A stretch of DNA of 64,000 nt. It comes from Nitrospirota bacterium. Lineage in GTDB: Bacteria; Nitrospirota; JACRHJ01. Position 1 is the first letter of the stretch. Every line of letters begins with the position of its first letter. Shown here one piece after another: positions 19,664 through 27,960 of this stretch. The translations under genes were made by a program, and so were the position numbers. The notes beneath the pieces are model-generated. The model saw nothing but the letters and a program-made list of their open reading frames with translations. It was not told the DNA's origin and did no database searches. The stretch is from positions 64,001-128,000 of the forward strand of contig CAWJRJ010000024.1 of the NCBI GenBank assembly GCA_963845245.1. Direction: 5' to 3'.

Positions 19664-21409
19664 ATGGGCGAGCTTGAGGATAAGATAGACGCGCTCGAAA
19701 AGAAACTGGCAAGACATGAAACACTCAGCCTTACAAAGCGTCTACTCCTTGATGAGTCCGACACCGGCAGGATAATCGACGTAGTGGCAGAAACCGCTGC
19801 AACGTTGATCAATGCCGAGACCGTCGCCGTCCCGATGCTGTCCCCCGACAGACACTTCGTACAATACCAACACGCATACGGCAAACACAAAGATGCATTC
19901 CATGGCCTCTCCCTGCCCGTAGAAAAAGCAGGGCTGTGCGGCTGGGTGCTTGAGCATCGCAAGCCCATCCTGTCAAACAACCTATCTGATGACCCGCGTG
20001 TTCTGAAGGAAACGGCAAAGAAACATGGCATAACCTGCGCCACAGTCGTCCCGCTTATCGCAAGAGGAAGGATTATAGGCGGGCTTTCAGCGTTCAACAA
20101 GCTCGACGGGTCCAGCTTCACGGAAGATGACACCGCCGACTTAATACGTCTGGCCGGCTACGCCGCCACAGTCATCGACAAGGCGTGGCTGGCGGAAGAG
20201 CTTGCAGGCGAGAAGACAAAATTGCACAGCATCTTCGAAGGCGTCAAGGATGGAATAATACTCATATCGAACGGCGGCGTCATCCAGAAAGCAAACAAGG
20301 CCATGCAGAATTTTATTCCTATGCCTGTCAGTGATATGGTCGGCATAGACCTTCAAGAATTCGGAACATTGAAGGCTCTGGGCGACCTTTTCGACTGGGA
20401 GGCAAAGGCATCTCCCGGGAAACGGTGCTGGGAGAAACTCTCCTGCAATGACACTGAATGCCCCATGTATGCGAAAGAAAACCTGCGCTGCTGGTCGCTC
20501 TCAAAAGGCCACTGCCACAACAAGTTGTGCTATGGAGGCGACGGCGACCAAAAGTGGATTATATGCTCAAAGTGTAAAGCCATGACAGAGGCCACCGCCG
20601 TACTTGCCGCTCCCAGAAACCTGTCTTTCCTGGGCAAGACCCTCCAGATTTCCAGCACCCCGATCATCAACGAAACGTCAAAAGAGGTTGCAGGCGAGGT
20701 GATGGTCTTCCACGACCTGACTCCGGAAAAAAAGATGGAACAGCAGCGTAAAAAGTTCATGGCCATGATCACGCATGACCTGAAAGCCCCGCTCACATGC
20801 GTAATGGGCTACAGCACAATGATCGAAGAAGAGGCCGATATCGGCAAGATAAAAGAGATGAACGCCCTACAGTACAAAAGCGCCAACCATCTCATTAAAA
20901 TGATCAACGACTTCCTCGACTTTTCTAAAATCGAGGCGGGAAGGATAGACCTTCAGAAGGTCAGGGTCTCGCTGAAGAGTTTTCTGGGCGAGACTGTGAA
21001 CCTTTTCAATGCGCAGGCAAAGGATAAAGGGATAGACATAAGCTATGTGGTGGAGGATGGGACGCCGGAGATAATGGCCGATACCAGACAGTTGAACCGG
21101 ATACTTGACAACCTTGTCTCCAACTCGTTGAAGTTTTGCCAGCGTGGGAGAAGCATCCGTATAGCTGCGTCAGGTGCGCCAGGCGGTTTTGTAGAGATTA
21201 TGGTGGAAGACGACGGCCCTGGCATTGCGACCGATGTCCTGCCCAGGATCTTTGAGATGTATTACAGCAACAGCGTCCCTTCGCACGGACCCGGCCTGGG
21301 GCTATCGATTGTCAAGGAGCTTGCCGAGGCTCACGGCGGGGCAATATCCGTGACAAGCGAGGAGGGAAAGGGTTCGCGTTTTTCCGTGTTCCTGCCATCG
21401 GCGGGTTAA
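19664..21409 (+). CDS. GAF-PAS sensor histidine kinase with Cys/Trp-rich insert
   Basis: GAF, PAS, H-box THDLKAPL, N-box NLVSNSLKF, DDGPG, GLGL. Confidence 0.92.
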   Translation: MGELEDKIDALEKKLARHETLSLTKRLLLDESDTGRIIDVVAETAATLINAETVAVPMLSPDRHFVQYQHAYGKHKDAFHGLSLPVEKAGLCGWVLEHRKPILSNNLSDDPRVLKETAKKHGITCATVVPLIARGRIIGGLSAFNKLDGSSFTEDDTADLIRLAGYAATVIDKAWLAEELAGEKTKLHSIFEGVKDGIILISNGGVIQKANKAMQNFIPMPVSDMVGIDLQEFGTLKALGDLFDWEAKASPGKRCWEKLSCNDTECPMYAKENLRCWSLSKGHCHNKLCYGGDGDQKWIICSKCKAMTEATAVLAAPRNLSFLGKTLQISSTPIINETSKEVAGEVMVFHDLTPEKKMEQQRKKFMAMITHDLKAPLTCVMGYSTMIEEEADIGKIKEMNALQYKSANHLIKMINDFLDFSKIEAGRIDLQKVRVSLKSFLGETVNLFNAQAKDKGIDISYVVEDGTPEIMADTRQLNRILDNLVSNSLKFCQRGRSIRIAASGAPGGFVEIMVEDDGPGIATDVLPRIFEMYYSNSVPSHGPGLGLSIVKELAEAHGGAISVTSEEGKGSRFSVFLPSAG

Positions 21410-21576
21410 AGCGGTTTCAGCCCCTTCTTACTCATCGCAGCAGAGATTATCCTCCTCTTGCCCTCCGGGTCTTTTTCCTTTTTCAGTTCCTTCAAGACTT
21501 TCGCGGCCTCGTCCGCCGGCAGAAGTGCGATAATCCTCGTAACGTTATCAAGGTCCCTTGCGCCTACTTTTGTCAT
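21406..21576 (-). CDS. Small hypothetical protein
   Basis: 56 aa, ATG after AGAGGTG, fills the gap between the kinase and the tRNA. Confidence 0.55.
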   Translation of the reverse strand: MTKVGARDLDNVTRIIALLPADEAAKVLKELKKEKDPEGKRRIISAAMSKKGLKPL

Positions 21577-21701
21577 GGTTTTACACCTCTCTTTCTGATT
21601 AATAAAGATGTTACCACATACAAATCCAGGATTCAATGCTAACAATCGGGCTTTAAACCTGTTGACTCGCGGGCCGTTTTGTGATATTTGTAAGGGGTTA
21701 T

Positions 21702-21776
21702 GGGCGATTAGCTCAGTGGGAGAGCACTGCCTTCACACGGCAGGGGTCGAGGGTTCGAAACCCCCATCGCCTACCA
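21702..21776 (+). tRNA. tRNA-Val(CAC)
   Basis: Cloverleaf with anticodon arm ctgcc-ttCACac-ggcag, T-loop gttcgaa and encoded CCA. TTGACT upstream; hairpin and T-run downstream. Confidence 0.97.
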
Positions 21777-21815
21777 TTTCAAATCAAGTGGTTGCGGGGT
21801 GTCCGCAGCCCCTTT

Positions 21816-23828
21816 TTATTCCGGCCCGCTGAAGAATTTAAAGTTGTTCCTGTCATTCTCCTTTGCGTTATACATAGCCGTGTCCGCCTTCTTCAGAAGG
21901 GTCTCGACGTCTTCGCCGTCTTGCGGGTATATCGATATGCCTATGCTGGTGGTGATTGAGACCTTAAGCCCTGAAATATCGAACGGGGTTGCCATCTCCT
22001 CTATAATCTTTGTAGCGGCACTGGAAATATCGTTTCTGGACGCGACATCGGAGAGCACTATGATGAATTCGTCCCCCCCAAGACGTGCCACCGTATCGTT
22101 AACACGCACGCAGCCCTTGATCCTGCTGGCAAAGTTCACAAGCAATGAATCGCCGATGTCATGGCCCAGGCTGTCGTTTATCGATTTAAAGCGGTCGATG
22201 TCCAGGTACAGTACGCCTACAAATTTACCATTACGTTTGGCATGAGCCATATCCTGGATAAGCCGCTCTTGCAGCAGGTTGCGGTTGGGCAACCCGGTAA
22301 GAGGATCATGCTGGGCCTGGGCGATGAGCTGCGCCTCCATCTTTTTCATTTCAGTAATGTCTTCCCCGGAAAGCAGCAGCCCGGTTATCCCTTCGATATT
22401 ATTCTTCATCAGTGTATTGTGAGACATCACGACCCTCTCCTCACCACTTTTGGTGATGAGGATGTACTCGCGATCCATCAACACAGGCTTGCCGGCCATC
22501 AGCAGGCTAAATTCACTTACCGTTTCATTTATCATTGCTGGCGAAAGAAATCTGGCAAAAGACTGCCCGATTATATCATGGTAATCATACCCGAGTACTT
22601 CACAACCTTTTCTGTTAACGAGCACCACGATTCCCGAATTATCTAACATGGCTATCATGGACCCAGCCGCATCTAGGTAATTCTGTGCCCTGTTCCTCTC
22701 GGTTATCAATACATTTTCCGCCACCTTGAGGTCTGTGATGTTGCGGGCATGGTGGACGGAGCCGTATAATTTGCCTTCGGCATCAAACAAAGGCGAGACA
22801 GAGATGGAGTAATACCCGTCAAGCTGTTCCACGTACGCTTCCACATTATGGCTCTTCAGGTCGCCAAGCAACCCTGTCATCGGGCAGTACTTTGGCGGCC
22901 CGTCCAGGCCGTGGAATATCTTATAACAATTTGAACCTTCCAGCTCTGCCGAGGTCATATTCAACGCTTCAAGGGTGGGCTTGTTTGCCCTTACTACCCT
23001 CCGGTCTGTATCAAGTATCATTATCGGATCAACTATGGAGTCAAACGTCCGCTCCCACTCCTCCTTCGCCTTTGTCGCAGCCTGTTCCGCCCGTTTTCGC
23101 TTAGTAATGTCGCGGTTGTTACCCCGGTGGCCTAGGTATTCGCCGTTGGCGCCATACACGCCCTGGCAGAGGTGCTCTATCCAGCGTTCTTCTCTGTCAG
23201 GGCGCATTATCCGAAATTCCAGCCCGTCTCTGTCGGACAAGTCATGCCGGTGCTCAAGATAATGCGGTAGGTCAGCCGGGTGGATAATACGAGAAAGAAA
23301 GGTCGGGTCATCGATAAAATCCTTGGAGGGATATCCAGTAATCCTTTCGCAGGAAGGTGACGAGTACAGGAACTTCCCATCCGGGCTCAACCAGAACTCC
23401 CAGTCGTAGGTGTTGTCAGCGACGAGACGATATTTAGTCTCGGACTCTTCCAGTTGCCTTTCTATACTTTTACGGTCCGTGATGTCCACGAACGTTTCAA
23501 GAAGGACTTCCTTGCCGTCCATCATCAACGGACTGACCGTCTTCAGTATGGGTATTTCTTCACCATGGCAGTCAAGAAGGGGTTTTTCGGATAGGTCTAC
23601 CTTCATCCCAAGGTCCCAGATAGGGCATTTACCATCCTTAGCAAGGCAGAACTTGTTACAATTTTGGCCGATTACGTCTTCGGCGGACTTCGCCTTCAGT
23701 ATCTTCAACGCGGCGGCATTTACCATCAATATCTTTTTGTATCTGTCCACGACAAAAGCGCCGAACATCAGGCTTTTGAGCAGCTCCGACAATATCTCTG
23801 TGGAAAACGCGGATGTTTTTATTATCAA
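21816..23828 (-). CDS. Multi-PAS diguanylate cyclase
   Basis: Four PAS domains; DPLTGLPNR, RxxD I-site (RVND) and GGDEF. Confidence 0.93.
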   Translation of the reverse strand: MIIKTSAFSTEILSELLKSLMFGAFVVDRYKKILMVNAAALKILKAKSAEDVIGQNCNKFCLAKDGKCPIWDLGMKVDLSEKPLLDCHGEEIPILKTVSPLMMDGKEVLLETFVDITDRKSIERQLEESETKYRLVADNTYDWEFWLSPDGKFLYSSPSCERITGYPSKDFIDDPTFLSRIIHPADLPHYLEHRHDLSDRDGLEFRIMRPDREERWIEHLCQGVYGANGEYLGHRGNNRDITKRKRAEQAATKAKEEWERTFDSIVDPIMILDTDRRVVRANKPTLEALNMTSAELEGSNCYKIFHGLDGPPKYCPMTGLLGDLKSHNVEAYVEQLDGYYSISVSPLFDAEGKLYGSVHHARNITDLKVAENVLITERNRAQNYLDAAGSMIAMLDNSGIVVLVNRKGCEVLGYDYHDIIGQSFARFLSPAMINETVSEFSLLMAGKPVLMDREYILITKSGEERVVMSHNTLMKNNIEGITGLLLSGEDITEMKKMEAQLIAQAQHDPLTGLPNRNLLQERLIQDMAHAKRNGKFVGVLYLDIDRFKSINDSLGHDIGDSLLVNFASRIKGCVRVNDTVARLGGDEFIIVLSDVASRNDISSAATKIIEEMATPFDISGLKVSITTSIGISIYPQDGEDVETLLKKADTAMYNAKENDRNNFKFFSGPE

Positions 23829-24061
23829 ACTATACCCTCCCTACAAGCTCCCCATCCGATGTCCCCCATATCCAAACGATAAAAGATATTATAATTAGTT
23901 TATCTTCAGCTGCGGAATCTGTAAAATGGCGGATACTTAATTATCTTGAACGGGAAAAGGGACGAACGGGATAATCCGGAAACTTTTAAGGGTGGACGGT
24001 GCTTTGGAAAATAATGGAGGTAACAATGGAAAAAACCGGCACATGCAGCGCCATTTTGGCG

Positions 24062-25150
24062 TTACGCAGGTGCCGGTGCTTTCTCAGGATGGAACAGCTC
24101 TTCGAAGATGTCGTTGACCGAGACTATCCCGTTAGAGCGGTATGCGTTTGTACCGCAAAAGACAAGGCCATGCTCGACGTCGCCCTTGTGGGCGTTCGAA
24201 AGGGCTATGTTAATGCAGAAGGCGGTCTTTTCGGTCTTGAATGAGCAATGTTTAAGGCAAACCGCCCGGCATTTGTGGTCTTTCGGGGGGCCATCCTTAA
24301 GCTTTTCTGTGAACTCGGTCCTGATAGCGCGCCCGGGCAGGCCCACGGGGCTTTTAATCAGGCTGATGTCATCCGGGGTGCAGTTTATATATTTCTGCTT
24401 GAACTCGGCAGCTGCGTCGCACTCATGCGTACAGACGAAACGGGTGCCCATCTGGACGCCGCGCGCGCCAAGCGAGAAGGCCCACAGCATGTCCGCCCTG
24501 TCCCATATTCCGCCGGCCGCAACTACCGGTATATCTACCTTCAGCTCCTTGTCCAGGAACTCAACAAGCTCAGGCACGACGACTTCGAGGGACATTTCAT
24601 GGCTGTACACTTCTTCCATCTTTGCGCCAAGATGCCCGCCGGCCTTGCCCGGGTCTTCGACTATTATCGCGTCCGGGAGTCTGTGGTATAGTTTTTCCCA
24701 TTTTTTTATTATGAGGCGTGCGGCCTTTACGGACGACACTATAGGCACAAGCGCGACTTCGGGGTGGTCTTTCGTGAACTCCGGCAACTGCATCGGAAGC
24801 CCGGCCCCGGATATGATGATCTGCGCGCCGCTGTCGGCCGAAGTCCTTACCGCATCCTCATAATCCGTAAGGGCTACCATGTTGTTTACGGCCAGGATAC
24901 CATCCGGCGCCGTCTTGCGCGCGGTGGCAAGTTCGTACGCAAGGGCAAGCCTGTTCGCCTCGGCATGGTTCTTCCCGTTAAAAAACTGGGAACTGATACC
25001 AAGCTCGACGGATGCAATGGTACCGATGCCGCCTGCCTTGGCCACTGCCCCGGCAAGGCCCGATGCCGAGACCCTGATCCCCATTCCGCCCTGTATTATC
25101 GGATACTTAGGAGTATATTTACCTATTGTCAAAACCGGGAGGCCGGCCAT
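24062..25150 (-). CDS. Nitronate monooxygenase/FabK-like flavoprotein
   Basis: PIIQGGMG, SGAGLP, AGGH, AAGGI, GVQMGTRF, C-terminal CxxxCxxxC. Confidence 0.88.
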   Translation of the reverse strand: MAGLPVLTIGKYTPKYPIIQGGMGIRVSASGLAGAVAKAGGIGTIASVELGISSQFFNGKNHAEANRLALAYELATARKTAPDGILAVNNMVALTDYEDAVRTSADSGAQIIISGAGLPMQLPEFTKDHPEVALVPIVSSVKAARLIIKKWEKLYHRLPDAIIVEDPGKAGGHLGAKMEEVYSHEMSLEVVVPELVEFLDKELKVDIPVVAAGGIWDRADMLWAFSLGARGVQMGTRFVCTHECDAAAEFKQKYINCTPDDISLIKSPVGLPGRAIRTEFTEKLKDGPPKDHKCRAVCLKHCSFKTEKTAFCINIALSNAHKGDVEHGLVFCGTNAYRSNGIVSVNDIFEELFHPEKAPAPA

Positions 25151-25475
25151 GCAACCCTCTTCGTTTCTTGCTTCGCCCATTAACTTCTCGTCTCTTTCTT
25201 GTTCTGTGCTGACAATTAAAGGCTCATTTTAGCATCTACACCACCTACAATCAAGAAATAAAAAAGGATTTTAACATTATTAAGACTATCCCAGCCTCTT
25301 GCCAGTATCCTATCCCTTTGTTAAACTTCTATATATAAACCAGTAATATATATAAATTGAAAACATTCTTCAATAAACTTTCGGCCGTCGTACTTCCCAT
25401 TATACTGATATCCCTGTCGTCATCTCCGAAACGGGACGCATATCTTGGAAGCGGACAGGGCTGCGGTCAAAAACA

Positions 25476-25604
25476 CGCAGGCCGCTTGGCATCGCGGTCA
25501 TAGGCGGGCTTATCGTGTCGCAGTCGCTCACGCTTTATATCACGCCGGTGTTTTATGTCTATATGGAGAGGTTCAAGGATTGGGTGGGGAGGAAGAAGAA
25601 GTGA
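25476..25604 (+). pseudogene. C-terminal relic of an RND efflux permease (AcrB/MdtBC-like TM12)
   Basis: RRPLGIAVIGGLIVSQSLTLYITPVFYVYMERFK*, with no upstream body. Confidence 0.8.
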
Positions 25605-25741
25605 GACTTACCTGCATTCTCACCCACTTTTCAACGGACTTCCCGCCGCAATTTATTGCCTTGCCTCACCTCCCAGTTTTATGGATGAGCTAAAATTAAG
25701 CCGTATTCCATGAGTGCCACAATACCCTCTTTAGGAGCGGT

Positions 25742-25770
25742 TTGACAAAAGGGAGGTACTACATTATACC
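25742..25770 (+). promoter_or_regulatory. Sigma70-type promoter
   Basis: TTGACA-N17-TATACC. Confidence 0.55.
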
Positions 25771-25882
25771 TAATTAAACGTTTTAAAACTGGGCGGGAAA
25801 AGAAAAAAGGAGGTGATAAACTAGCCGACTGGTTAAGTAGTATGTAATTTAACCGGGGCATCGGCCCAAATAACGCTGGAGG

Positions 25883-26680
25883 ATGAAAATGTCTATGAAA
25901 AGTATGAAAGTGCTCGCGTTGGCAGTAGTCCTGGCTTTCTCATTTACGGCCATAGCACAGGCCAAGACCAATCCTAAAAAATCCACCATCCCTGACAGTT
26001 CTATAGGTTCAAGCAACTCTACCGGTAATAACGGAAACGGCGGTAACGGTCCGATAGGTACGCCGGGTTCGGACAAGACAATAAAGGCCCACGTCGAAGC
26101 CCTTGAGAAAGCCGTTGCAGCGCTGCAGGCCACCATATCGGGGTTTAACGCCGCGATTACGGCATTGCAGACCGATGTCTCCACCCTGAAAGCCGTCGTG
26201 TCCAACCAGGGAGCCAAAATCACGGCGCTTCAAGACCAGGTCGACACTCTGGCGTCAAACAACGCCCTTGCATTGGGTCCTTATGTCTCGGTAGACACCG
26301 GCATAGTTAACGGCCTTGCCGGGCCACACATTCTCTTCACCGGGGCAAACATCCATATACAGAGCGGCTCTGGAAACACCACCGACAGCGGCGCTCCGGT
26401 GGGCCTGGGCAACTTGATAATCGGCTACAACGAAATACCATTCGCAGGGACCCGCGGTGGTTCACATAACCTCGTAATCGGGCCTGAGCATTCTTATTCC
26501 AGCACCGGCGGCTTTGTGGCGGGCTTCAATAACATTATCAGCGGCCAGAGCGCAAGTGTAGCCGGCGGCGAGGGCAACACCGCAAGCGGCAACTTCTCCA
26601 GCGTCAGCGGTGGGAGCGCCCATTCTGCGACAGGAACGGACAATTGGTCAGGCGGCACAGGGTTCTCATCACCTAATTAG
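25883..26680 (+). CDS. Secreted protein: coiled coil plus Gly/Ser/Asn beta-repeat tail
   Basis: Signal peptide (AQA), heptad repeats, GGxxNxASG-type repeats. Confidence 0.8.
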   Translation: MKMSMKSMKVLALAVVLAFSFTAIAQAKTNPKKSTIPDSSIGSSNSTGNNGNGGNGPIGTPGSDKTIKAHVEALEKAVAALQATISGFNAAITALQTDVSTLKAVVSNQGAKITALQDQVDTLASNNALALGPYVSVDTGIVNGLAGPHILFTGANIHIQSGSGNTTDSGAPVGLGNLIIGYNEIPFAGTRGGSHNLVIGPEHSYSSTGGFVAGFNNIISGQSASVAGGEGNTASGNFSSVSGGSAHSATGTDNWSGGTGFSSPN

Positions 26681-26745
26681 CACGTTCGGGGTTTCCAGAT
26701 CATAAGTTTCGCATGTTCAAGCCATGCGGATGCACCAGATAAAAC

Positions 26746-26774
26746 AAGGGGTTAGCTCACAAGGCTAACCCCTT
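26746..26774. terminator. Hairpin, probable terminator
   Basis: aaggggttagc/gctaacccctt 11-bp stem. Confidence 0.65.
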
Positions 26775-26977
26775 CTAACATCAAGACTTATTTAAACCTG
26801 TCTAAGTTTATATCCGGTGCCTATATTTAATTCCTAACAACTGTCGGTCGGCTATCAAGTAAACAGCGAAAGCGGGTAGTTTTTTGCTTTACGGCATGAT
26901 GAATTGCCTTGCCTCCCCTCCCCAATTTGTGGTATTATCCTAGAAAATCTGAGTAGTTATCTCACCAGACAGGACCC

Positions 26978-27955
26978 ATGCCGGATTTGAATTTACCGAC
27001 CATAACCGTGATAATACCGGTGAAGCCCGGCGGCTATGTGAAGTCGCTTGAGGCGCTGAAAACCGTGGACTACCCGAGGGAACTCCTCGAAGTAATTGTC
27101 GCCGAGGGCCGCCAGCCCTCCGTCCAGCGTAACCGCGCCTCGAAAGAGGCGACCGGGGACATACTCTACTTCCTAGACGACGACTCGGTAGTGCCCCCGG
27201 ACACCTTTAAAATCATGGCCTCGCGCTACGCCGACCCCAAGGTCTCGGCGGTGGGCGGGCCTATAATAACCCCCGACACCGACAGGTTCCTGCAGACAGG
27301 CTATGGCCTTGCGCTGTCCTCCATGTTCGGCGGGTCATCCATACGCGCACGCTACAAGAAGCTCGGGCCGGAGCGCGAAGCGACCGAGAACGACCTGATC
27401 CTTGCGAACCTTTCCTTCCGCCGCGAGGTGTTCGTGGGCGCGGGCGGGTTCAACGAGAACCTCTACCCGAACGAGGAAAACGAGCTGATGAACAAGCTCC
27501 AGGAACAGGGGCACGTGTTCATGTACGTCCCGGACGCGTTCATATACCGGAGCCAGCGCGAGACGTACAAGGCGTACCTCAAGCAGGTGTTCACATACGG
27601 GCGCGGCAGGATGGACCAGAACTTCGCACACCCGGAGGGTTTCAGGCCGCTGCACCTGGCCCCGGCGCTGTTTCTGCTCTATTGCGTTTCCCTCTTGTTT
27701 TTTCATAACTTTATTTACTTTTTGCCCGCTTTATTATATCTTATCCTGTGCACCATATTCTCGGCGGCCTCGGCTGTAGAGGGGAAGAACCCGCTCTACT
27801 TCTTAGTGATGCCGGTGCTGTTCCTCAGCCTGCACCTGGGCTACGGCGCGGGCTTCATCCGAGGCATCGTGAAAGGGCTTCGCAACAAGGGCAAGGCCAC
27901 GCCATATACGGGCGGGGTGAACATACGAAGGATGACCATCGGGTCCAAGGAGTAG
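26978..27955 (+). CDS. GT2 glycosyltransferase with C-terminal TM helices
   Basis: VIIPV, FLDDD, GGFNE, YGRGR. Confidence 0.88.
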   Translation: MPDLNLPTITVIIPVKPGGYVKSLEALKTVDYPRELLEVIVAEGRQPSVQRNRASKEATGDILYFLDDDSVVPPDTFKIMASRYADPKVSAVGGPIITPDTDRFLQTGYGLALSSMFGGSSIRARYKKLGPEREATENDLILANLSFRREVFVGAGGFNENLYPNEENELMNKLQEQGHVFMYVPDAFIYRSQRETYKAYLKQVFTYGRGRMDQNFAHPEGFRPLHLAPALFLLYCVSLLFFHNFIYFLPALLYLILCTIFSAASAVEGKNPLYFLVMPVLFLSLHLGYGAGFIRGIVKGLRNKGKATPYTGGVNIRRMTIGSKE

Positions 27956-27960
27956 CGCTA

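Noticed and set aside
18942..23828. Prophage or genomic island at tRNA-Val
   Set aside because: No integrase, phage structural genes or duplicated tRNA-Val 3' end were seen.
24015..24244. ORF with GGAGG RBS and ATG at 24026
   Set aside because: It runs almost entirely antisense to the nitronate monooxygenase gene and has no recognisable features.
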